Notes under the pieces: generated by a model
The model's database searches: none
The model's input: the letters and a program-made list of their open reading frames with translations, nothing else
What the model was told of the DNA's origin: nothing
In this document: positions 18,753-27,637 of the stretch, in pieces
Layout: every line of letters begins with the position of its first letter
Numbering within the stretch: position 1 is the first letter of the stretch
Source of the DNA: Candidatus Gottesmanbacteria bacterium
Lineage (GTDB): Bacteria > Patescibacteriota > Microgenomatia > UBA10105 > UBA927
Assembly: GCA_023245355.1 (NCBI GenBank)
Contig: JAHFKN010000001.1
Coordinates: 75,528-139,527, forward strand
Direction of reading: 5' to 3'
DNA length: 64,000 bases
Made by a program: the position numbers and the translations under genes

Positions 18753-19505
18753 CTATGATTTGGATTTGCCTCCTTTTTTCCACGGTCCGCGGGAAAGCAA
18801 AGGCCCATACAGATCTATATCCATAGGAATCTGCCACACCTCAAGTTCCTGTTGCGTTGGCTTCTTTTCGTCAAAATGTACGAAATCGACGCCGGTGATG
18901 ATGGCAACGGGTGTTTGTTCATTGGTTTCCCCCATGACCACCACAGCGGCGGCGGCCAGACCATCGGCGACATTCATCATAGTCATTTCCATTTTTCTGC
19001 CGAACAGGTCCGGTTTTCCGATAAAATCATTTAATCCGGAAAACCCGCTGTAGGACAATGCGATGCCGCTTACCCCCCAGCGAAGCGGTGTCGTCCTGCT
19101 GTCGGTAATGAGGACGCCCAGATCCGATAGTCCGAACCTTTCAGCAAGATGTTTACGGATCAGGCCGGCTGACTTTTGCGGATCCTCCGGCCACAGAATG
19201 TAATAGCCGTTACCATTTGATTCATCTATTCCTGCTGACGGCACCAGAAGATTTTGCGTGATTGTGAGGGTGACGCCGAGCGGATTCATATTTGTCGGAA
19301 TGTATTGTTCCGATTCCTGCAGGATAAGGTCGTTTTTATCTGCCTCTCCGATTTTGACCGTGCGCCCTTCGCACAGCGATACTATTTTGGATGTGACGAC
19401 AACTACGGATTTTTCCGGAAGGGTGGGGATAACGGCATCCAAAACGGCAAAGATCTCATGTGATCCGGAAGTAATCTTGGGTGTTTTAATCGGTTGTATG
19501 TTCAT
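18753..19505 (-). CDS. CofE-like gamma-glutamyl ligase (putative folate glutamylation)
   Basis: VTSKIVS.CEG, SAGIDESN, ITDS.TTPLR.G, DLFGR, MGE.NEQTP. Confidence 0.85.
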   Translation of the reverse strand: MNIQPIKTPKITSGSHEIFAVLDAVIPTLPEKSVVVVTSKIVSLCEGRTVKIGEADKNDLILQESEQYIPTNMNPLGVTLTITQNLLVPSAGIDESNGNGYYILWPEDPQKSAGLIRKHLAERFGLSDLGVLITDSRTTPLRWGVSGIALSYSGFSGLNDFIGKPDLFGRKMEMTMMNVADGLAAAAVVVMGETNEQTPVAIITGVDFVHFDEKKPTQQELEVWQIPMDIDLYGPLLSRGPWKKGGKSKS

Positions 19506-20031
19506 AGGAAACAGTATACCTAAGCAGCAGTGTTCCTTGCGCGTTTAAACGTTTTACCTCTGTTAATGTAAGGGCTGTATCTGTTTTTACCGGGGCCAGT
19601 ATACTCTTGCCGCTTCCGAAAAATCTGGGCTCTATCGTAATCAGACAGTCGGTAATCAGCCGGTCTTCAAGGAACGCGCGGTTGATTTCACTTCCTCCCG
19701 CAAGCAACATACGGGTATATCCCAACGCTTCCATCCGCGTGACCAGCTGCACGGGCGATTCGTCGGAAAATTCCAGTTGTCCGTCTTTGGCATCTTTGCC
19801 GTAACGGTCCGGCGTGCGTGTAAGGACAATTCTTAGGATATGAGGAGAAAGGTGAACCTGTTTTTTGACACTGTCATATGTTTTGCTTCCCATCACAAGA
19901 AGCGTATGTGATGCGATAAGATCATGAAAATGATTGCGGTCCTCCTCCGATGACCACCCGTGAATTGCGTTTTCCTGCCATTTGGTTGTTTTTCCGTCGG
20001 CAGTTTCTACCATGATGAGTGTAATGTTCAT
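19486..20031 (-). CDS. Dihydrofolate reductase/RibD-C family reductase
   Basis: TADGK, LVMGSKTY, AGGSEIN, TIEPRFFGSG; start reset to MNITL. Confidence 0.8.
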   Translation of the reverse strand: MNITLIMVETADGKTTKWQENAIHGWSSEEDRNHFHDLIASHTLLVMGSKTYDSVKKQVHLSPHILRIVLTRTPDRYGKDAKDGQLEFSDESPVQLVTRMEALGYTRMLLAGGSEINRAFLEDRLITDCLITIEPRFFGSGKSILAPVKTDTALTLTEVKRLNAQGTLLLRYTVSYEHTTD

Positions 20032-20035
20032 AGGG

Positions 20036-20362
20036 TTACGGTAAGGGAAATAAACAAACGGATACATCAACACGTCCGTCAGACAAAAACTGCACGCCTT
20101 CCATTTGTAATTTCCGGAGTTGTTCGTTCGGTCCACCGAATGCGTATCCGGGCGCCAGTCTGCCGTCAGAAAATACCACGCGATGGCATGGTGTGATATC
20201 TGCGTCCGGATTTGCATGCAGTGCGTGTCCTACTCTGCGCGCATCTTGCGTGTGAAGCGCTTTTGCAAGCGCACCGTATGTCGTCACGAAGCCCGCCGGA
20301 ACCGTGCGGACAAGTGTGTATACCTGTTGGAAAAAAGACATATCTGTTTTTGGCGTACTCAT
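20036..20362 (-). CDS. MGMT/Ogt family methylated-DNA-protein-cysteine methyltransferase (single domain)
   Basis: VTTYGALA, ARRVGHAL, PCHRVV. Confidence 0.9.
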   Translation of the reverse strand: MSTPKTDMSFFQQVYTLVRTVPAGFVTTYGALAKALHTQDARRVGHALHANPDADITPCHRVVFSDGRLAPGYAFGGPNEQLRKLQMEGVQFLSDGRVDVSVCLFPLP

Positions 20363-21036
20363 ACGTGTTTGGATTTGTTCAGAGACAGTAATAATGATAC
20401 GACAACACGTACCAGAGATTCTTTCAGCTTGGTCGGAGCTTTCCCCGGTATTTCCAGGGTAAACGTGCGCTTACAAATATTTTTTTCATACAGCCACCGG
20501 CTGGAAAAACCCGCAGTTTCTACCGACTGGTCGTATCCTAAAGAAACATATCCTTTCTCTACATATAAGTTGAGATGCTCGTCATCCATGTCGTCGACCC
20601 CCGTATACAGGCGGGCATCCGTCGTATGGACGGCATCTCGGTACGCAAGAAGTTCGCTTTCTGACATATGCTCGCTGTCGTAGAGGTAAAAACCCATGGT
20701 TCTGTCAGGATCTTCGTGCACATCGATACACAGGGTAAAATGAAACGGACTCAATAGTGACATGACCGTACGAGCCTCCTGATCCGTCGTGTTTTCCACA
20801 AACTGCCGGTTGATGTCATGTCCGTACTTGTTTTTCCGGGTTTTTGCGGCAACTGCGCTCGGGCTTATCTTAGGGATATACAGAAAGTCAGGCAGTACTG
20901 CGTTGTTTTTCTTCAGATAAGCCAAAAGAAGAGCACCGGCTTCGTATTCATCGCCATGCATACCGGAAAACAGAAGAATACGGGGTGAAGCGCCGTGCAG
21001 ATAATATTCAAGTGAGGTGTGGGCGCGTTTGTCCAT
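20359..21036 (-). CDS. M14-like Zn carboxypeptidase/succinylglutamate desuccinylase family
   Basis: GMHGDE, DINRQF, IDVHED, TLEIP; start reset downstream of tRNA. Confidence 0.8.
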   Translation of the reverse strand: MDKRAHTSLEYYLHGASPRILLFSGMHGDEYEAGALLLAYLKKNNAVLPDFLYIPKISPSAVAAKTRKNKYGHDINRQFVENTTDQEARTVMSLLSPFHFTLCIDVHEDPDRTMGFYLYDSEHMSESELLAYRDAVHTTDARLYTGVDDMDDEHLNLYVEKGYVSLGYDQSVETAGFSSRWLYEKNICKRTFTLEIPGKAPTKLKESLVRVVVSLLLSLNKSKHV

Positions 21037-21042
21037 CGTAAG

Positions 21043-21129
21043 TGCCGAGGGCGGGGGTCGAACCCGCACGAAGTGTTAAGCTCCACGGGCTCTTAAGGCC
21101 CGCGTGTCTGCCAATTCCACCACCTCGGC
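21043..21129 (-). tRNA. tRNA-Leu(TAA)
   Basis: GCCGAGG/CCTCGGC, CGGGC-CTTAAGA-GCCCG. Confidence 0.95.
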
Positions 21130-21211
21130 TATATAATTTTATTAATATGCTGTTGCCCCAGTCGCTTTGAGGGGCCACCTCGGCTATATTATTTTATTAA
21201 TACGCTGCTGC
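21120..21211. repeat. 37-bp imperfect direct repeat of tRNA-Leu 5' end and leader
   Basis: 21120-21156 vs 21175-21211, three mismatches, GCCCC...GGGGC hairpin between. Confidence 0.85.
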
Positions 21212-21258
21212 TTCCGCTGCTGTACGCGGCCTCAACATCAGTGATAATTATACCGCAT

Positions 21259-22239
21259 TCACTCCCGGAAAGTCTCCGGCACGCTGCTTCGCAACTTTTT
21301 CAGTTTTGCAATATAAAATCCTTCCATGAGATCGGTAGGATAAATACGGGAGGAGGTGTTGAGCGTATTATCATATTTTTTTGTGCCCCACTCCAGCACT
21401 GCCGGGTCGGTATGTAATCCTGATAGTGTCACGGGTTCAGCAACGATATTTCCCCGCTCTTTTTCCAGCACCCACTGTATCACTTCCTCGTTTTCTTCAG
21501 GACTCATCGTGCAGGTCGAGTATACGATTGTCCCGCCCGGTTTAGTTGCGCTGATGGCGGACCGCAGCAGCCACCGCTGCAGATGCGACAAGTCCTTTAC
21601 CTTTTTTACCGACCAGTCCCGGTACGTTTTGGGGTCTTGGGTATAAAATCTTCCCTCCATACTACAGGGGACATCTACCAATGTTTTGTCGAAATATTCC
21701 GGAAACCGCTTCCATATGCTCCTTCCGTCATCTCTTGATACGTGTGCGATTGTTGCTCCCTGAAGCACCATATTTGCTTTAAGCCGGTATATGCGCGTTT
21801 GGCTCGTATCGTTTGCCACAATTTCACCGCGGTTTTTCATCATGGTCGCCATCTGTGTGGTTTTGCTTCCCGGGGCGGCTGCGATATCCAGCACTCGGTC
21901 GCCGGGCTTGGGATCAAGAATGAGCGGCGGAAGCATACTGGAGAGACTTTGAACATATAGCTCACCGTTTTTATATTGGGGTGTTTCCGAAAGAGCCCGT
22001 TGTGTGCCATTCGTCAGAATAAATGCGTCCCTGTACCAGGAAACAGGAGTAAACGCGAATCCCGCGGCCTGCAGAGCGCTGATAAGATCATTCGGATTGG
22101 CTTTCAGCGTATTGATCCGCAGCGTTGTCGGACGTGTGCCTGAAAGCGCCAGTATAACGGAATCGTACATATCCGGAGACACAAGTTTATGAAGCCTGGT
22201 TAGAAATTCTTCCGGCAGCAATGAGACGGCAATCTGCAT
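21259..22239 (-). CDS. RsmB/RsmF (NOL1/NOP2/Sun) RNA m5C methyltransferase
   Basis: LDIAAAPGSKT, DVPCS, VYSTCT.SPEENE. Confidence 0.9.
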   Translation of the reverse strand: MQIAVSLLPEEFLTRLHKLVSPDMYDSVILALSGTRPTTLRINTLKANPNDLISALQAAGFAFTPVSWYRDAFILTNGTQRALSETPQYKNGELYVQSLSSMLPPLILDPKPGDRVLDIAAAPGSKTTQMATMMKNRGEIVANDTSQTRIYRLKANMVLQGATIAHVSRDDGRSIWKRFPEYFDKTLVDVPCSMEGRFYTQDPKTYRDWSVKKVKDLSHLQRWLLRSAISATKPGGTIVYSTCTMSPEENEEVIQWVLEKERGNIVAEPVTLSGLHTDPAVLEWGTKKYDNTLNTSSRIYPTDLMEGFYIAKLKKLRSSVPETFRE

Positions 22240-22293
22240 ATCTGTATTGTACCTCTGCGCTGCAGGCCGATGCTATGGTATAATTTTTGTATC

Positions 22294-22383
22294 GCCCAGA
22301 TGGTGAAACTGGTATACACGCTAGCTTCAGGAGCTAGTGGCCTTAAACAAGCCGTGGAGGTTCGAGTCCTCTTCTGGGCACCA
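22294..22383 (+). tRNA. tRNA-Leu(CAG)
   Basis: GCCCAGA/TCTGGGC, CTAGC-TTCAGGA-GCTAG, CCA. Confidence 0.95.
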
Positions 22384-22390
22384 AGTACGT

Positions 22391-22780
22391 ATGGCAGAAA
22401 TACAAACCACTCCGGAAACAGATAAACCGAATCCCGTAAGTCTGCGTGAATATCACCTTATGGATCGGCACGAGCGCAAAGCATTTTTAGGGAAACTTAC
22501 GAATGCGGAAAAGAAAGATTTACGGTTATCTGCCATCGTTGCGATGGAATCGAAGCCGAGAAGCGAACGCAGGGAATTGGCTCGCGAATTCGTAGCAAAG
22601 TTGGAAAAACGTGAGAGCCCCTCTGTTGCGGACAGAGTAGAGCTTCTGCTTGCGAAAAAAGAAGTTCTTCGGCTCACTATTCCTGAGAAACCTGCGATAT
22701 TTTTGCGCAAGCTCCGTTCAAAGGCTTTCCCCCGGTGGATACGGGAAGCGCATAGCCCCTTCCTTATAACCGGCCGGTAG
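22391..22780 (+). CDS. Hypothetical basic helical protein
   Basis: ORF from ATG just after tRNA CCA. Confidence 0.5.
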   Translation: MAEIQTTPETDKPNPVSLREYHLMDRHERKAFLGKLTNAEKKDLRLSAIVAMESKPRSERRELAREFVAKLEKRESPSVADRVELLLAKKEVLRLTIPEKPAIFLRKLRSKAFPRWIREAHSPFLITGR

Positions 22781-22812
22781 ATTAAAGACGTGCTTTCGCC
22801 TTAAGAATTAAG

Positions 22813-22830
22813 CAGTATTGAAGAATACTG
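22813..22830. terminator. Hairpin, possible terminator just outside the element's left end
   Basis: CAGTATT-GAAG-AATACTG. Confidence 0.45.
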
Positions 22831-22855
22831 AGGAGTAGAAATGTAAGCGTAATAA

Positions 22856-22968
22856 TGTGCACCATCTGGGACGATGTTAGAACCTATCTAACCTCCTCTA
22901 TTGATCCAAAAGAGAAAGCTAGTCTCATCATTTCCATCGCTCATTTTAAGAAGGAGGGAAAACAATGA
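22856..22968 (+). other. Left attachment site with orphan in-frame 3' end of the recombinase gene
   Basis: TGC then 35 open codons TIWDDVRTYLTSSIDPKEKASLIISIAHFKKEGKQ, TGA overlapping ATG 22965. Confidence 0.8.
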
Positions 22969-23486
22969 GTTACAATTCGTCCTATATGGGCTCTCAATCT
23001 AACTCTCGCCAGACTGCAAATGCTATTTTAGCAGATGAAAACTCCTTTTACTATCGATTCGAGCGTGATTTGGATCAGGCAAAACACGAGGTAATCATTG
23101 AAAGCCCATTTATCACTGTTCCAAAGCTACGAAATTTGAAGCATGCCTTTGAGTCCTTAATGGAGCGCAAAATAGCAGTGTTTGTCATAACTCGGCACCC
23201 AGAAGAGCATGAATCGTTCATGGCCGAACAAGCTGAGGCAGGAATTCAGTTTTTTGAAAAAATAGGTGTACAAGTGTTTATGAGCAAGACTCACCATAGG
23301 AAATTAGCCATGATTGACCGTAAGATCGTCTGGAAAGGCAGTCTTAACATTCTGTCACACAAGAATAGCCGCGAACTTATGGAGCGCGAGGATGACGAGA
23401 AGAAAGCTAAAGACCTGTTTTCCTTTCTCAAATATGATCATGTCAGTGAAATACAAAATATTTGTTATACTAAGGAGGAAATATGA
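22965..23486 (+). CDS. Single-domain PLD-family (HKD) nuclease-like protein
   Basis: HRKLAMIDRKIVWKGSLN = HxK(x4)D(x6)GSxN; IESPFIT; AAGGAGG RBS. Confidence 0.85.
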   Translation: MSYNSSYMGSQSNSRQTANAILADENSFYYRFERDLDQAKHEVIIESPFITVPKLRNLKHAFESLMERKIAVFVITRHPEEHESFMAEQAEAGIQFFEKIGVQVFMSKTHHRKLAMIDRKIVWKGSLNILSHKNSRELMEREDDEKKAKDLFSFLKYDHVSEIQNICYTKEEI

Positions 23487-23713
23487 ACGATACAGTAACC
23501 AAAAAGTCAGAACTAGTCATTGATGCGCTCCAATATGCGCACGATCACAATTTGGATATCAGCAACATAATTGATGTACAGAAAATACTCGATGTTCTTG
23601 ACCCTGAGCACAAAGAAAATGCCTCTGAGTTTGCTGAGCTTCTCAAAACCTCAGATACTTTTATGGGCATGAAAGCTCGTGATTTGAAATCCGAAGACAA
23701 ATTACCCAATTAA
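23483..23713 (+). CDS. Small acidic hypothetical protein
   Basis: 76 aa, AAGGAGG RBS, ATGA overlap with PLD gene. Confidence 0.65.
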   Translation: MNDTVTKKSELVIDALQYAHDHNLDISNIIDVQKILDVLDPEHKENASEFAELLKTSDTFMGMKARDLKSEDKLPN

Positions 23714-24006
23714 CTAGTTATTTTCTCGTCGATAATTGCTTGGCACCGTGATTTTGCATAATCCCTCGCATGAAAGGCACATGATTTATCATCACATTTG
23801 ATGAATGGATCATCACCAAACCCAATATAGGATTCATACAACTGTTCTGCATTCATTTTTGGTTGGTATGAGCTTTTCAGGCAGTCATCAACAATCTTCT
23901 TGCAGGCAACAATCGCTTCCTCACAGGTGTCATATTCACCATGCATATACCTCTCGCTCTCGTCCATGAAGTGAAAGTTATCATCAACAAATACTTGGTA
24001 TGTCAT
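23710..24006 (-). CDS. Small hypothetical protein
   Basis: 98 aa, Y.V.VDDNFH.MD...FGDDPFI; ATGA overlap with NERD gene. Confidence 0.65.
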   Translation of the reverse strand: MTYQVFVDDNFHFMDESERYMHGEYDTCEEAIVACKKIVDDCLKSSYQPKMNAEQLYESYIGFGDDPFIKCDDKSCAFHARDYAKSRCQAIIDEKITS

Positions 24007-24722
24007 ATTGCTTTTGTGTATGTAGCTTTTACTATATCGACTATACGCTGATCTGGATAGCTTCGAGGCTCGCTAGTAATCATTTTAATTAGCCAACGAT
24101 ACTGAATAACTCGAACGTTTTTAATTGGCTGAATACCGAATCGAACAATGGCGAAGCGATGGGAAAAGACAATGATTGGAATCACAAATGCGCTGGAGAT
24201 GCCTGAGCCCATCAAATGATCATGTAGAGAGGTGGCTTCTCGCATGGCTTGGCGCAGAAAGTCTTTCTCAAATGATTTTTGATTTAGAGTAAGTTCGTCA
24301 CCATTAAATCCAACTGTCCCGTGGTGATTCTTGACCTCTATAGCGTGAATCCCTGTTGGTCCTACAACCACAAAATCAATATTTTCTTTCTTACCAGGGA
24401 CATGGACATCTTCAAATACGGTATAGTTAGCATCCAGTTTTTTTAATTCATCGCCGATAAGCATCTCTCCGACGATACCGCTCCGAAATTTATACATTAG
24501 CGATTCTTCTTTTCTCATGAGTGAGTCAGTTACAAGCAGAAGTGGTCCAAATACCAGAGTGATTGCAAAGACTGCAGGTAACGAGAAAGAAGCGATAGAC
24601 AATCTCCAGATCACTATACCTATGATGATGGTGAAGTAAATTAAGTAGGCTAATGCGCCGTATTTACTTATGGTCTTATTTGCATTGAGATATCGACTGG
24701 GATGACCATAAATTACTGCCAT
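24003..24722 (-). CDS. Membrane-anchored NERD-domain nuclease
   Basis: Two N-terminal TMs; G..GE, NIDFVVVGPTGIHAIEVKN, Q motif. Confidence 0.85.
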   Translation of the reverse strand: MAVIYGHPSRYLNANKTISKYGALAYLIYFTIIIGIVIWRLSIASFSLPAVFAITLVFGPLLLVTDSLMRKEESLMYKFRSGIVGEMLIGDELKKLDANYTVFEDVHVPGKKENIDFVVVGPTGIHAIEVKNHHGTVGFNGDELTLNQKSFEKDFLRQAMREATSLHDHLMGSGISSAFVIPIIVFSHRFAIVRFGIQPIKNVRVIQYRWLIKMITSEPRSYPDQRIVDIVKATYTKAI

Positions 24723-24729
24723 AACATAT

Positions 24730-26973
24730 TTATATAATTTCTATGACTTCGAAGAAATCCCTAATAATACCTCTTAAGTCTCCCACAGAGAAACTATCAC
24801 GCTTAACTTGTGAATCAGAATCGTCATGGTTCCAAAAATGTGCGGATAACGAGTTTATTTTTTGCGCTTTGTCACCATCATATGTACCATCAGAAGTTAG
24901 TTTTTTAACAAAAGATGAAGTACTTCCACCATCCGCAATTTCAGTTTTAAGGCGTAGGTAATATTTTCGCTTAAAAAGTTGTTCAAGCACATCCCTAATC
25001 GATCTAAGTTTTTCCCAATTTACTTCAGTATCTGGTGCGGATTCTAAAGCTTTTAGTTCTTCAATCTGACGATAATATGTATCTAAGTATTCCTCGTTAG
25101 GTAGCATCAATTCTAAAGTAGAGGTACTAGTTGAAGGATTGTAGACAATTTTGAAACTTTTATGTTGAGGGATATGCTCATTAAGAAGTGCGAAGAATGA
25201 CTGTTCATGTGTAAGGATAATCAATTGTTGGGGTTTTGATTTGGTAATAAATTTATTTAGAAGTATAACTGTTCTTAGTTTTCTTTCGGCATCAAGACTG
25301 GACAAAGGATCATCTAATACGATTATTTTATCTTGAATATTGGCCTGAGCTTTAAGACTAGCAATAAAGAATGCAAAAGCTAGCAATCTTTTATCGCTTT
25401 CGCTTAAAGTATTTCCAAAGTGTTGAACCTCGTCGTGATCTGCCGAGAGTGCTATTTTATGGCCCGAAAAACATATTCCAAAAAGTGGAGCAGTGCTTCT
25501 TATTCCAGATTTTGGTTTTGTATCCACAAGTTGGAAATCGGCTTGCAGCTCTTTCAAAATACTGTTTACTTCTGTTTCATAGGTAGCAAAAATACTCTCG
25601 GCGTATTTGCTTTTAGCCTGCAAAGAAGTGTCTCTAATATTTGTTAGTTCTTTCGTTTTTTGATCCAATACTTCGTATTCAATACAAAAATCTGTCCAGA
25701 GTTTTTCGCCACGTTGTTTTGTTAACTCTAATACTGACTTTTCATTAGATAAAGTTTGATGTTTATTTTTGTCGTAAGGACTAGAATATTCAGCTTGGAG
25801 CAATATAACTTTCCCCTTTACCTTTTTTAAAGCAGATAATATTTTTTGAAGGGAATCAAAATTTATTGCATAATCCAAATTACTTTTAGATGAAAGTTCT
25901 TTCTTAAATAATGATATATTGTCATTGATTTCTGTGATTTCAGAGTTGAAATCGACCTGAATTCCCATAGCGGAAAGTTCACCGGAATATCGCCTAAGCT
26001 CTGCCTCGATTTTCCATGAAATTAGATGGTTGGATGCTTCTTTAACAGAATTAATTAGTTGCTTATAAGACTCGCTAAACATTGTTTCATAAGTCTCAAT
26101 CAAGGACTTTGCGTCATTGACGATAGGTTGACCACAAAATACGCAATGTCGTGTTTTTTCAGATTTGTCAGAGTCTTTAAGTAGAAATGTGCCTTGCGCA
26201 AGAAATCGCTCGGCACCATCATCCGATCGCAGGTGACTTAATATATGTGTTTTAATCTCTTCTTGATGAAATGAAATTGTTGGCGACAATTTCGGCTCCA
26301 AACTTTCAAGGCTATCAGAATTAATAGCCTTTATAAGTTCGTCAAGTTTATCTTTTACGTTCTGATATTGACTGTAGGCCTTAATTTCATTTTCTTTCTG
26401 AGTTATTTTATTATCAATATCTGAATCAGGATCAATTTTCCTAAAGGAATCAAAGCTGACTTTATAATGTCCTAAATGTCGAGTGTATTCTCGTGTAATT
26501 TCGGCCTTACGATTGGCATTCTTTTGACACTCTAGTTCTGCGTCTGAAAAATCCTTTTCTAATTTTTTGCCTTCCTCCCCAAGAATAATTGTTTGGATTG
26601 ATTTTTCGTTATCCGCTGTTATTGATTCATGTAGATACACATTTTTTGCTACGAATCTTGTGTCAAAAACTGTGATATTTGGACAACTTGTATTCCAAGC
26701 GCCAGTATTAAACGTGTGTGTGGTCGTTGATTTATCGTCACCAGTATTTATATTTACAGATTGTTCGTCTGTTGCTCCGAATGTTTTCCGGCCAACAATG
26801 TAGCATGGATCATTTGTGCTTAATGAGGTTAGTATGGCAGTTAGAGTGCTTTTGCCTTTTGCGTTAGGTCCGAAGAAGAATGTATTTGGTGCAAAATTAT
26901 ATTCACTACCTTTACCCATCGAACAAGCTCTAAGTTTTCCTACATTCTTGATATTTAGAATTTTTTTAATCAT
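24730..26973 (-). CDS. RloC-like (AAA_13) ABC ATPase with zinc hook and HEPN-like C-terminus
   Basis: Walker A GPNAKGKST, CVFCGQ, LSESDK, IIVLDDPLSSLD, ILTHE, IRDVLE...HFWNH. Confidence 0.75.
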   Translation of the reverse strand: MIKKILNIKNVGKLRACSMGKGSEYNFAPNTFFFGPNAKGKSTLTAILTSLSTNDPCYIVGRKTFGATDEQSVNINTGDDKSTTTHTFNTGAWNTSCPNITVFDTRFVAKNVYLHESITADNEKSIQTIILGEEGKKLEKDFSDAELECQKNANRKAEITREYTRHLGHYKVSFDSFRKIDPDSDIDNKITQKENEIKAYSQYQNVKDKLDELIKAINSDSLESLEPKLSPTISFHQEEIKTHILSHLRSDDGAERFLAQGTFLLKDSDKSEKTRHCVFCGQPIVNDAKSLIETYETMFSESYKQLINSVKEASNHLISWKIEAELRRYSGELSAMGIQVDFNSEITEINDNISLFKKELSSKSNLDYAINFDSLQKILSALKKVKGKVILLQAEYSSPYDKNKHQTLSNEKSVLELTKQRGEKLWTDFCIEYEVLDQKTKELTNIRDTSLQAKSKYAESIFATYETEVNSILKELQADFQLVDTKPKSGIRSTAPLFGICFSGHKIALSADHDEVQHFGNTLSESDKRLLAFAFFIASLKAQANIQDKIIVLDDPLSSLDAERKLRTVILLNKFITKSKPQQLIILTHEQSFFALLNEHIPQHKSFKIVYNPSTSTSTLELMLPNEEYLDTYYRQIEELKALESAPDTEVNWEKLRSIRDVLEQLFKRKYYLRLKTEIADGGSTSSFVKKLTSDGTYDGDKAQKINSLSAHFWNHDDSDSQVKRDSFSVGDLRGIIRDFFEVIEII

Positions 26974-27023
26974 ATTTCTAATTAAGGCGATTTTATCACT
27001 TTATCAGGCATAAGTGCTCAAAA

Positions 27024-27635
27024 TTATATCTTAGGTAAAAATACTCTCGGATTTACTGGTATTCCATATATTCTTGTTTCAAAGTGTAAGTGTGGTCCGG
27101 TTGCCCAGCCTGTTTGCCCCTCTTTCCCAATGGTGTCGGTAATAGTTACTTTCTGCCCTTTGTAGACGTAGATTTTGTCTAGATGAGCATAGATGGTAGT
27201 GATGTTGTTTCCATGGTCGATGATAACGTGTTTACCATACCCCCAGAATATCTCTCCAGCATAGGCAACTTCGCCATCCATCGCGGGGTTTATGGGATCG
27301 CCAATTTGTCCAGAGGGGTTGGCAATATCAATACCTGTGTGAAAGACCTGATACAAGCTAGACTGGCCAAATTCGAGGGTAATGACTCCGTGAACCGGCC
27401 ACACTACTTGTGGAGATATGGATTTAACAACTTCCCCGGAGGTTGGATCTTTGATCTCGATGGACTGCGTAACAGGATTACTTTCAACCAACTTGTCTGA
27501 GATTATGTTTATACCAACTCGAGTGAGTAGAATTATCCCGATAACTGGAACCATGAGGATAGCTAGAAAGGCTAAAAAGACAAATTTCAATTCCTTACGA
27601 AATGACCAGAGAGTAAGGAAGAGTTTTGGATTCAT
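27024..27635 (-). CDS. M23 peptidase (conjugation-associated wall hydrolase)
   Basis: HTGID, YAHL, GPHLHFE; N-terminal TM. Confidence 0.9.
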   Translation of the reverse strand: MNPKLFLTLWSFRKELKFVFLAFLAILMVPVIGIILLTRVGINIISDKLVESNPVTQSIEIKDPTSGEVVKSISPQVVWPVHGVITLEFGQSSLYQVFHTGIDIANPSGQIGDPINPAMDGEVAYAGEIFWGYGKHVIIDHGNNITTIYAHLDKIYVYKGQKVTITDTIGKEGQTGWATGPHLHFETRIYGIPVNPRVFLPKI

Positions 27636-27637
27636 AC

